Shown piece by piece: positions 27,591-39,251 of a stretch of 64,000 bases of DNA. Location of the stretch: positions 22,977,455 through 23,041,454 of the forward strand of contig OZ316897.1 in assembly GCA_973895155.1 (NCBI GenBank). Reading direction: 5' to 3'. The translations under genes were made by a program, and so were the position numbers. Every line of letters begins with the position of its first letter. Positions within the stretch are counted from its first letter, which is position 1. A model generated the notes under the pieces. The model did no database searches. It saw only the letters and a list, made by a program, of their open reading frames with translations, and was not told the DNA's origin. This stretch comes from Marsupella aquatica. Taxonomy: Eukaryota > Plantae > Marchantiophyta.

Positions 27591-29018
27591 TGGAATTCAT
27601 ACTCACTACGCACTGTTTGAATTCATACTCTAGGTTGTTCGAGTGAGCTTCATTTCATACATGTAGAACCTGATGAAAATCTGCTATATCTACGCACTGT
27701 TCGAATTCAGGTATGAACAGTGCCTAGTAAGCTTAGCCTCTTCAAGAGTCAAGAAGTGCAATTCTCTGCACATGCAATTTTTGTGAAGTTTGCTCTCACC
27801 GACAAGCGCAACCTATTGTCGACTCCCGTGTCTGAATTGCAATTATCAAGGTGAATTGTATAGGGGGTTGTGCAGTTTTCACATTGTGCTCCACATTTCA
27901 ATCACTCAGTAAATAAAGAAAGCAAACTATGTGCAGTTTTCTGCAATTGCAACAATCTGTTTTCAATATTCGAAGTAAATTGTGCACTTCTCACTCTGTG
28001 AATTGCAACTAGCTGTAAGAGCAATTTCAAGTAAATGTTGCGCTTTTTGAGTATTGTCAGTACTCGGTGCAAGCTAGGGTACTAACAAATTTGCACTTAG
28101 CAAGGGATGAACAAATGACTGCACTAATGCCAGTCAGCATCTAAACCCGGTGTCCATTTAGGCCTTATGACCACATCTCGAGTCAAGAAACTCCAGACAT
28201 GTGATGCCACCCACATTCAATTAGTGCAGATTCCGACCATTCAAAGCTTAGATTACGCAAAAAGGAGATTGGGTGTTGTACACAGAAAAATTGATCCTAA
28301 TTTCTCAGCAGCAAAGGCCATCCCTAACTTTTTGAAAGCTCTACCTTGAGATCCGTCTATAGCCTAACTTCTCGGAGCGTATCGACGACGATGGCCTGAT
28401 AATGGTCGAACTACAACCTAAATATCATGTTACTCGATGCCTCCAGTCTAAGAACAGACTTCACTCACAGAGAACAATGGAACCTCGAGGAAATCCTATG
28501 TCAAATCGCAGATGCTCACATTCCGCGCTGGAGGCTGCTGTCTCCATCCGATTTGTGGGGGGATCAAATCGGTACAGAACCACTTGTGCACTGCCATGAA
28601 ATCTGTGCTAAATTCTGCTCCCAAGTCCTCTCTGGCATCTGTCTTGAAGTCTGCCCTAGTTCTGCACCGAAGCATGATCTGGAGGAAGCATTCAATTTGA
28701 ACATAGGATTCCCCAGTATCCCTAAAGTTGGTCCCCCATTGTGTCGCGATGGAGAATATCGAGAGAATGTATCTTGTGTCCCTCCCCGCGCAAATATTAA
28801 TAACCTACCATACACAATTTGCAGTTCACAATCAGAAAGAAAGGAATGAAGGTTTGACCTAAAACCGATTCACTCATTCACTAGAAAGGAAGTCTAAATG
28901 TACCTCTAATAAGGTGGCAAAATAGATATCGGCTGAGACCGGAAGACTAGATAAGGTAGAGTAGAAAAAATATGACAATCGATAAACTCGCCGAGTTACC
29001 TTTTTCGAGTGAGATCAA

Positions 29019-29477
29019 TCAGCGCAGATAGGCAGGGATCTTGATGCGAACGAACAGAATGCTCATGATGTAAGCAATCGAGACAAACGAAACTCCTGCG
29101 GCGACGAACGAAAGCCGCACACTGCGGGCGCGCGTCTTGTCCGTGGCCAGATCCAGCATCACAATTCCCACTCCGCCCAGCACAAACATGAAGCCGGACG
29201 AGAGCCCCTCGATGATGTACTGTCCATTGACGCGACCGGGAAGAAAAACCACAGGGCGGACCGCCCCTGTGACGGGATCCTGCGTGCTGCCAATGCTGGG
29301 CGGCTCAACGATCACATCATACACGAATCCGGAAATGACGAGGAAATACGAAACCAGGACGAGAGCGAAGACCGTCATCGCTGTGGGCAGCGATAGTGCC
29401 GGCACTTTGAGGCGCAATCGGGGCACTCGCAGTGCATGGTAGGGTAGCTGCAGCAGTAACAGCACCGGATCCGCCAT
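29019..29477 (-). CDS. OSTC: Oligosaccharyltransferase complex subunit OSTC/DC2, single exon
   Basis: SYFLVISGFVYDVIVEPPSIGS...RPVVFLPGRVNGQYIIEGLSSGFMF...KIPAYL. Likely start MADP at 29477. Confidence 0.93.
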   Translation of the reverse strand: MADPVLLLLQLPYHALRVPRLRLKVPALSLPTAMTVFALVLVSYFLVISGFVYDVIVEPPSIGSTQDPVTGAVRPVVFLPGRVNGQYIIEGLSSGFMFVLGGVGIVMLDLATDKTRARSVRLSFVAAGVSFVSIAYIMSILFVRIKIPAYLR

Positions 29478-29697
29478 CGCTGCTGGAACTTCGCTCTTCG
29501 TCTCTGAAAGTCGAGAGAGGCAGCTCTTGAATTCAATTTCTGAAACGGGAGTTTGCACCAACGAACGTTTTGCCTTACAAATCAATGGCTCCCTCTACTT
29601 GGGAAGGAAGCAGAGGATCACCGTTCTGCATCTTCAGTGAACAGAGGACGGCCGAGAAAACAGGAAGTGCGCATTAAGTCCACGCGAGTGAAGTGTA

Positions 29698-30124
29698 CAG
29701 TCGTCTCTCTCTAAGTGCACAACCCGTGGGCAGTACACGGGGGTTTGCACTACCGGTTAAGTGCAAACCTGTAGAATAGTGCATTTATGGATAAGTGTGC
29801 ATGGTTTACATCTCTTTCTTAAATGTGCAACGCATTTCCCTCGATGAACAGTCGTATAACTCCCACCCTACCCCGTGCAATTTTCACTTTACTCAAAAAT
29901 ACTAAGCACTTATCAGGAAGCAAAATTTGATGGAATTGTGTGCTTACTGAGAAGTGTTCATGTACACTTATAAAGGGTTTGCATTCATGAATTTCTTTTA
30001 TCTAAAAAATTCAGGTTATTATTACTTTACAAAGGTGCAAAGTATGGGCACAAAAGGGAAGCATGTGACCCCTTGCAGTTATTTATTTGCACTTAAGGTA
30101 TGTTCACTTAGGGAGAGATGACGG
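29698..30124. mobile_element. Tc1/mariner-type MITE
   Basis: TIRs cagtcgtctctctctaagtgcac / gttcacttagggagagatgacgg, with TA on both sides. Confidence 0.75.
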
Positions 30125-33023
30125 TACTGGATGGACAGTGCTGAGCTTCCGGCCCACAGTGCCACAGTGAGTGAGGAAGAGGCAAGGAGAAAACGGCTCT
30201 TCTTTGTCTTCATTTATGTTACAAAACTTGTTTTTTGAGTCATCCTAGCTAGTCCATTAGCAGTGACATTATTATGGCTCTCCAATGTGAGAAAAGGAAA
30301 AGTAGAAATCAATAGTTGATGAGGAAAAATCATTTCATTTCCCACCCCAGAATATGGTTGGTTTCCTGTCTAGAAGCCAACCATTGGGGCTATGGTCTAG
30401 AGTTAAGCTTCTAGACCACAGCCCTTCATCTAGCCTCTAGTCTCAATTTTATCGTCAGGTTGATAAAAGCTAACAGATCGAGTGTGACTTGCTACCACTA
30501 GAATAAAGTTAAGGGCACACTACAAGACCACTGAGACAGTCTGAGGCGACTGACAAGGATACCGAGGGTGTGCATAAGTCTGTTGGGTTTCCTTACATGA
30601 GACGGAGACCTGTACTTTTTTTTTTCCTTTGCACGAATAGGAAATCCATTTTTCCATCCATCCAAATGATTGATTATCATTGAAGTCTCGAAACTACACT
30701 GCACTGCGCACGTAGACGGAGAACACATTCAGAGGGATGACAACGTGGTAGGCCTTCAGGGAAACGCGCAGAGCCAGAATTGGTCCCACTGAAATTAGCT
30801 AATGGGGGGGGGGGGCGAGGGTAGAGCTGGTCAGATGGATGCAAGCGTTGCCAACATGAAGAATGAAGGATTCATCTGACTGTGGCTACCAATGGCTATC
30901 TTGTAGCATGTACCATAAACATTTAGTGTCACGTTCTACTCTTACGGGAAAGAATCCAACTTGTTTTTTGGTCAGATGATTGTTTGGGGAGAATCCCTAC
31001 CGGCCGTTCATGACTGAGTTCAAAAAACTTAATAAACTTACAATTTAAGGATCTCCACAATCCCATGGACAAATAGCTGACCTGGCCTTGATAATTTATG
31101 TGATCCAAGACATGATTTATCTGGTATTTGTGGTGTACGGACATGTCCTTACTGCGACTCTGCTTGCTGAATGTGAGGAAGGCATGTCTGTAGTCAATGG
31201 TATCATAGGTATCCTTTATGTACTAAGGAAAATTGCCATTATTTCTACATCGAACTGGGCGTAACTTGTCGTTTAGGTCTGCACCCAAGCCGCAACTTTA
31301 GTTCACAAAACGCAACTTTAGTTCACAAAATGTGCAGGTCCAGGATTATGCAAAATCAGCGGGTAGTGTTACCCTCGAAGGAGGCCTGAAGCCAGCATAT
31401 TTTTATCATACTCCAGAGGGTATTGAATTGCGGATTGAGACTCGGAGTTTTCTTTGGTCATGAATGAAAAACCGATTCCTCGCATTTCATTGGAGACTTT
31501 GTAAAGCTAAAAAAAGCCAGTTCTGGAGGAATTTGTTAGGTCAGTAGTAGCTCACCAACTTTCAATCAGCACTGTGAAAGAACTCCATGAACCTGACGTC
31601 TTAGGTAATGGGTGTCCGCTATTTAACTCGTAATTCCCTTGGTTTGTGTTTGGTCTCTGGAATGACGGACCATTTCATTATGACTCTAGTGCACAGTTGT
31701 GATTTGCTTCATGGAGTTCTCTCCTCGCTTTTCCAAATACGGGCTGAGAGGAAGACCCACAGATCTTGGATTGGGTTTGCTAACGAAAACTTGGACAAGC
31801 GATGTGTTTCTCAACATGGAGCAGCGTGCACTGTAGTTCTCAGGTAGGCCGTATGCATTGTCTGCTGAGTCTTCTGCTCAAAGAGAGGTGGAATGTTGAT
31901 GGGATCACAAATGGCAACGAGTCATCAATAGTGACGGTAGCAGCCGCATCCATCGAGGCTCCTCGGTCAGTCGGATCGATATAAATAAAGATGGCACCAA
32001 TCAAAACTGATCATCGTTGCCAGGCGTCCATACATCGATCAACCACTCTTTCTCCGTTTCATTGACGATGTCTGAAACCGAACTTCATAACCGTGACCAG
32101 GCTATCTACATCAATTTAAAGAGAAATTAAGTCATTGAGAGACTCCAGACAACGGTGACACATATGTGCACCATGGAATAACTCTATACATTTGAATGTT
32201 TCTTTCGTGTACACAAAATCGACAGCTTTTCGAGATAAAGGAGAATTTTGGGGTCAAATTGCTTTACAAAAGGTCCAATGTCGTTCGTGATTACGAGTAA
32301 GTATCCATCCTGGCCACGGTCCATGCTCCGGAGCCATTCTAGGTTGAGCTCATGAGGTGGAAGTATACCAGAGCTGAATAAAGCTTGTTACAGCACTTCA
32401 GCCTACCCCACCAAGTTGCCTCTTCGTAACTTGACACGAAGGCCGCCAAGGACGGTGCTTAACGACGGAGAAGATAGCAACGAAGCATATTAGAATTCTG
32501 ACCGGAAGGTTATGATGATAGACTTTTCTGCTGCAAAATGATGCACAGAGCGCATCTCTTCGCCTTTCTCTCCCTTCTATAATAGCTAATCCCATTATCT
32601 GGGTGAGTAATGCATTGCTCTTTTTTACACCAGGAGCTGTAATAATCCCCTCCACCCAAGCGTCTGGTTGGATGGCTTCGACAAACGCTCCGTAAGAATA
32701 GTGTCTCTCTCTTCTAGGAATTTGAAGATAGCGCCACGAATACAATAACTGACTTGTCATTACGAACTCTTGCAGTCATAAGATTAATGAATGGCAGTCT
32801 AGGGAAGAGAACTCACACTGAGCTCTGTATCAGTCCACCTTAAGGGCAGATGGATAAATCGCTTGGAAGCACGCACAAGTGCTCCTTTCGCTGGTCCCCA
32901 CGAATATCACCTCCCATGATCACTTCTGAATGAAGACAGTCTTCCCAGGATTGCTTTGACTTCCATATCCAATCCAAGCAGCTTTCCAGTACTGTACTGT
33001 CCCCTGCAATCCACACTGGCAGG

Positions 33024-34200
33024 CTACCGCAAATGAGTTTCTGCGCGTCGTCGATTGTCAGGAGAGTTGGGTCCATACGGGCCGGGATATGATTGCTGAC
33101 GACGAATATCAGGGGAGCTGGGTACATACAATCCCGAACTCGAGTGTCGGCGAAGGTCTGGAGAATTCGGCACGTTTAGTGAACCTGAGCCAGAGGGATA
33201 GCGGCCGCCAATAATCGGAGAAACTGGCACGAATTGTCCAGATGGTCCGAGGGATAACTTTCTTATGTCGGGAGATTGGGGAGCTACCGCTGCTCGCCTG
33301 ATTGGAGAACTAGAAGGCGAGGGGAGTACAAATTGATCGTCTGAGCCAGTCACCTCTCGCAAAACGTCATCAACAGCCCTCTCCAAGTCCTCTATTCGCA
33401 TCGCCATCTCGTCGAGTGGAAGGAATGTGGTCAAGGTGTCCACTTTTTCAGAGCAATAGCATCACATCACGCAGACACTCGTCATCGACAGTTCTTAACA
33501 ATTTAACAATCAACCCAAATGGCCCCCAAGCAAAAGCGTGGTAATGTTTTATTCTAATACTGACCTATAAAATATACATGAATGGTTTGCCCACATAGAC
33601 CGAAATGGAGGATATTTCTCACGAGAATGGCGTCCGACATCGATTGAAATCTCGATTGCTGTATTACAGAGCAAGGCAAGACGAAAACACAGGTGAGTCT
33701 TACGAACATATGGCATGACATTTCGTAAGACGGAGCCATAATGATGACCAAAATAGATGTTCAGTACGACTTTATTCAGTCCCGGTAATACCGAAGTATA
33801 TGTTATGGAGACGCTTGAAACAGGTGCAATCAAAGCAACCTCAGTACTTCGCGCAAAAACCACGAACTCACCATTTGTTGGAGAAGATTTTGAACCTGAC
33901 AAAAGACCAACACGGACATATTAGCACTCGCCGAATAATATATGGATCTCTCCCTGTTAAAATTAGAGACGTGCGGAATAAAAAACATGTCGGAGGAAAG
34001 GCCATAGCTTCGTAATGTCTTACAAAAGCGGTGAGGTCAGCGGTGCTCTGCTGATGGTCAGTGGCCGAGATCGCTTCTTGTCCCACGGGTTCATGCAAGG
34101 CAGGCCCGAGGGAAAAACTGGAACTGGTCCCATATTTGGCTTCTTGAGCGCGAAGGAAAGGGGAATCCATTGGATTCCTCATGAAGGGAGAATCCTTCAC
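33024..34200 (-). CDS. HSBP: Heat shock factor-binding protein (HSBP1-like) with a long S/P-rich C-terminal extension; start uncertain
   Basis: Spliced QSTADLTAF|VQNLLQQM|QSRFQSMSDAILVR|IDEMAMRIEDLE. Exons ~34200-34024, 33895-33872, 33658-33616 and 33415-33024. Confidence 0.85.
33416..33615 (-). other. U12-type AT-AC intron of HSBP
   Basis: 5' end ATATCCTC, branch point CCTTGAC about 15 nt from the end, terminal AC. Removing it restores R-I-D-E-M in frame. Confidence 0.88.
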
Positions 34201-35466
34201 ACATTTCCCACAGACAAAATCAGAACTCTTGCTGTCGCATTTGCAAGACCGAACGCAAGTAGACAGCCAACACAGCGTAACACAGCTTGTGGATCAACAA
34301 CTAGGTTGCGACAGCTAGTATTTCCACTGGAGTACAGATCCGAGTAATAAAGTAATTGTTCACGGCTGGAAGGCAGATGTAGCGTCTTTCAAACAAAGCC
34401 GTTAACTAGAAACACAGACCAGACAGGAATACCAGCACATTACAGAGATGTTTTTAAAGCTTCCCATTCATACTGCGTCGCAGAATATAAGCTGAATCGT
34501 TAACTCACTCACTCACTCACTTAGACACGCACCATACATGTAAATCGCCATTTTACATATTCTCAGAAGCACAGGATACATACGCAAACCGCCACTTCAT
34601 ATGAACAAGGCTAAATTCTGGTATCACCACTTTGCACACACAAAAGTCTCTACTCTTCAATGCGATGGAAAGAGTCTGTAAGGTAGGCAGGTACCATGAC
34701 CCCTGGGCGAACAGTGTGCACTCAAAACAATTGATGCTCCTACTCTCCGCGATTCTCTTGGTTTTCGATCTTCTCGTCGGAATGGCAGGCATTTCCCGAC
34801 ATCTTCAATCCCGGACGTCGTCACAGACTCGTGCTCACGTCGAAGAAACCCACGCCCTGCCCTGCCTTCATTTATTTCTCTTGTGTCAAGCCTCCTGTCC
34901 TACGCCTCCATGTGTTGTGAGACTGACAACGGAATGATGTTTCCTCCGATGCAATTTGGGTGACAGAAAGCTCACGAAGTCCTCCTCCCTAAAGCCATGC
35001 TGCTGCACCCACGTCCTGCCACCCCTCCCCTCCACACAGACAAAGGGGAGAGAACTAGAGAAGTACTCCTTCCGAGTTCCACAACGTGCACTCGCTTGAG
35101 CCCCCAAAATTAGAAGTTAGCAGTGGAATGTCCCCAAACAGCGAGAGAAGACAGGGAGGGGAAGTTAATGAGGTGAAGTTATTAGCCTCCGAGCATCATT
35201 CTGACAAGCTCGCGGCACGACTGTCGTCGTCAGAGAGCCACCCGCTGCAGTGCTGCACGGTACAGCCGACGACAAACGTCGCGCACATTGGTGAGGTCTG
35301 TGCGGTCTGTGACTCTGTGAGGTCTGTGAGGCGGAGGCGATCCAGCGCTCTCTCTGGTTGCCCTCCCACCGACTCCACACCAGACTGATCTAGTCTGGCG
35401 CTCTGCTCAGCTCAGCTCAGCTCACTTCTGCTGAGTTGGGCTGAGTCGCGTTGAGCAGAGCAGGGT

Positions 35467-35656
35467 ATGAAATGACAGGATTGGAATGGCGAGGAGCTGA
35501 CGAGAGAGGATCACGCACCGCCGGGGCATGAAATGACAGGAATAATGGAACGGCGAGCAGCTGACGAGAGAGGATCACGCACCGCCGGGGCATGAAATGA
35601 CTGGAATGGAACGGCGAGCAGCTGAGCAGCTGAGCAGAGAGGATCATGCAGCGCCG
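35467..35656. repeat. GC-rich tandem repeat, 3 x 61-64 bp, upstream of HSBP
   Basis: atgaaatgac...ggaa.ggcgag.agctga.gagagaggatca.gca at 35467, 35528 and 35592. Confidence 0.85.
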
Positions 35657-36086
35657 CTGTTCTCTCCTTTCCTGTCTACAGTGCTTCCACCTTCGGCAGT
35701 CGGCACTCTATCCACTCCCGCTGCCTTTTCAGATTGCGCATGGGACCCGCACACTACGAGACGCGGACCTACCCCTACTTCGCACCCCCAGACCCCAGAG
35801 GCCCAGACTACCTCAGTTTCTTGTACACCCACGATCTACGGTATTCGCCACGCTCGTATACAGAAAAGTATGAAAAAAGTATGAAAAAATAAATGAATCT
35901 GAAGCCCAGATGGACTGAGGTGTTGTCCCTGCCCACCCCCATAGACCGCATAAACTTATCAGTGAGTTAACATTGAAAAGGAAAGGAGACTGGGTGCGTT
36001 TTGAAAGGAAATTTGGGGCGGGGTCTTGTTTTTGTGGAAGGCACCTTCAGGAGTTTGGGCCTGAGCAATAAACTAACACTTCGGGA

Positions 36087-36182
36087 AATGACGTTTCACT
36101 ATTGTGAATAAGGCCCTGATAAGTCCTTTACTGCTCTTGCCCAGACTACTCAGGGCCTTATTCACAAAAGTGAAACATCATT
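36087..36182. repeat. Inverted repeat with ~38-bp arms (small MITE or hairpin)
   Basis: aatgacgtttcactattgtgaataaggccctga / tcagggccttattcacaaaagtgaaacatcatt. Confidence 0.8.
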
Positions 36183-36862
36183 GTTGTTTCCTATATACAA
36201 TTGGTACTATATGTGAATTGGTAATTTGGACTACCTGGAGTACTTAAACAGGATCTTGTCGTTTTGACTTATTGAAGACATCTCCCAGCCTTAGTCATTT
36301 GCACCAGCAGTACAACTAAGTTCGTGGTCAAAATCATTTTGAGACTCTTTGCTAAGTTATGATTGAACACATCACATGCTTAGCAGTGTAAAGAAGAAGA
36401 AAGACATACAAATGTTGTGTATGTTGTGAGCAACTGAAGGCACTTACATAACACCTCTTCAAGGGTTTTAAATGCTTTCCATGTGAAGTGATGCGCACTG
36501 TTCTTTGCAACTGTTGTCTGCTTGCTGCCGTGTCAAATGATCTCCCAAATAGCATGGAGTCTATCAACTTGACGGGTTACCTTTCTTGGAACTCCAAGTC
36601 TCACTTTCTTTCCAATTTATGCATATATAGTCAAAACCAAAACCACTAAAAAAAAGGTCAAGAGAGCCAATGGAGGCAAAATACAAAAGTAGGAAAGAGG
36701 CAAATGAATTCACAAAGGGAATAAATAAAGATTGAATGAACGACAAATCTAGAAATTGAAATTTATGAAATCTAAGAGATTTGCGCAAATGGGGCTCAAA
36801 CTGCACCATCTCAAACTGCGCCATCATCCCCCTTCCCCCCCCCCCCCCCACTGCCCGCCCCC

Positions 36863-37414
36863 TTTTTGAAAATATGTGTTTATTAGAGAAGCCACCATGG
36901 TGAAGACCAGCGAGGCAGAAACAAACCAGATAGAGGGCCCCACACACCCCACAGCTACTAAACGCCAAAAACCACCCCAACAGTACACAAGGTCACCTCC
37001 TAAAGAAGGGCCAAGGGGGGAGAAAGGAAACAATTAAGTTACACAACAGGCAAACAAGGCTGTTAGATATTGCTCTAGTCTTGTGACTCATGAGCTAACT
37101 ACAGTTAGTCTAACTTGGGTTAGGACTTAGCTAATGTTAGCGGTAGTGCTATTGTGCATATAGCCAGGGCTGATGCCAGACCCTTGTGGAACCTAGGCTC
37201 ATTGTTACGGAGCTAGTTGAGAGATAGGGAGAGCTTGTGCTGTGGATGCTTGGTATGGCCGGTCGGCCTAGAGTGCAGTAAAGCTCTTGTGTGTTCCCGT
37301 GGACGTAGCCTCATGTGGAGGTGAATCACGTATCTCTCTGTGTCGACTATTGTGCGTTGGATGGTTCATGGGCTTACCGTTACGAATGTCGTCTATGCTC
37401 AATAAAGGCACCGT
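36863..37414 (-). mobile_element. Short retroposed (LINE/SINE-like 3') insertion with 12-bp TSD, interrupted by a solo LTR
   Basis: ctgcccgccccc at 36851-36862 and 37415-37426; minus-strand AATAAA plus A5 at the left end. Confidence 0.5.
37061..37404 (+). mobile_element. Copia solo LTR
   Basis: Starts TGTTAG and ends ...CAATA (CA to TA). 5-bp TSD AAGGC at 37056-37060 and 37405-37409. Contains the cccgtggacgtag...gaatcacgta Copia LTR motif. Confidence 0.75.
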
Positions 37415-39251
37415 CTGCCCGCCCCCAAACTGCACCATCATCCCCCCTTGTCTACTACCCAATTTATAATGTGAGTACGAGTGTCCATACTATGCAGCAT
37501 GTAACAATGTAGACCTGTCACCACACTGCAGTACCACAGTAGTCAAGGAAAATGCTGAAAAACTCACAACAACATTGCTGTTTGGAGTGAGGAAGTTGGG
37601 AACATTGAAGGGTAATTCCACTTATAATAATATTATATTTACTGAAGTGGTTTTGAATCCCTAACTCAAAGTGAGTTTTGAATGAATTTAGGTGTCAAGA
37701 GCAGCCACATCAATTCTGAAGGGTGAAACATTACAAAACAAAATCAATCGGCTCATGTAATCAAACACACACATGTTCTAGGGGAAATGGATTCAACCCT
37801 GTGGAATCTGTGCATTGAACTTCATGGAGCCTGCTGAGACATGAAAATAACATGCAAGTGCCACCCTCCCAGAATCAGAAATGTCAATTTGTACTTTGCT
37901 ATCAATTTGCTGACATTGTCTGCAGGATAAGCCTCCCCAGCTATCAATTTGCTTTTATGTACATATTACTGCCACCTTTGAGTCCTATAGTGACAACCAG
38001 GTTAGCAAGTGAACAAATAATTACAACTTTTAATTCAACGATATTCAAATTTATAATATTGCTACGGTTTTCTTTGTATTTATAAATATGCCACTGTTTC
38101 GTATAAAGACAATAAGTTAACAAAGTAACCAGGATAGGAATATACTACAACCGTGACATATTTGTAAATATAACAAAAACAACGACAATATTATGCGCCA
38201 TTGTTTGTAGAGAGCCTAGTGCATTGAGTTTGTAACAGTTCCTCTTGGAGTCCTCTCTTGCTGTTGAGGTTGTAGTCCACTTATTTATGGCAGTGCGAGC
38301 TATTGCCCATGGATACTTGGATTTTCAGAGCTTTGCTAACTGCCTCCGGAAGTCCAATTTTTCAGTGCGCTAGCTGGCCTGGCTTTGCAGTTGTGATTAC
38401 TTATTTTGCTGTGCTCTTCATCTTGACAACAAGGCATTGATCAACATGGTCCAACTTTTGATGGCTCATCAAAGGAACATGGTTGCATTTGAATAAAAGT
38501 TGCAGGAGATTTTGATTTTTGTGCATAGTTCTTTGTGAATCAAACTAGTTGGAATCAATCGATTGTTGTCTCTGCTGGTGATTTCATGGTGACGAGGTTG
38601 ACTCTCACCCGTAGCTTTGCTTAAAAGCATCATAGCATAATCAGGGACCATGAACCAATTATAAGATAGAAGTACTTTAATTAGGTCAGAATCACACCTA
38701 ATATTGTAACCCCCAAGTTTCGCTTTCTCTTCGCCACTTTTTCAATCACACGTTACAAAGCTTTAGGTGGAGGCAAACCTTAGCAAAAAGTTTGTCTGGT
38801 CATGTTAGATCTTTGTATGGTCAGATCTGGATCGCTGATTTTGGCAAATAATCACTAAATGTAGTACCCTAAACCCTAAACCTCTTGATATTATTTGCCA
38901 GCCACTTCACCCCGGTAGCTACGCTAATGTGCAGAAAATTGGCACAGAAAGGAAACACAGGGTTGAAGGGTGTTCTCCAATGGGGCAAAAAGGAACCCAA
39001 AAACAAGGGTAAATAGGGATAATTAAAACTTTTATGGCAATTCTGCGATTTTCCACCCGTCTCTGTAAGCCTTGAAACCATTCCCTAGTTTCAGAATGGT
39101 GTAATGCACTTTCACCCGTCTTGATCACAAACCCAACCCACTTGCGAACTTACTATCCTCGAATCCAATTGGAGCTCCACTTCACTGGCGAAGAATGAAT
39201 TTGTCTTGGCGTTGAGAGTGTGCCCGCAAGGCTGTGAATTTCGAAAGAGCG

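Noticed and set aside
26732-27613. 293-aa ORF with 57-aa repeats; also considered as a CRISPR-like array
   Set aside because: It is a by-product of a 171-bp tandem repeat with a non-ATG start and no recognisable domain. The units are identical with no unique spacers, so it is not CRISPR.
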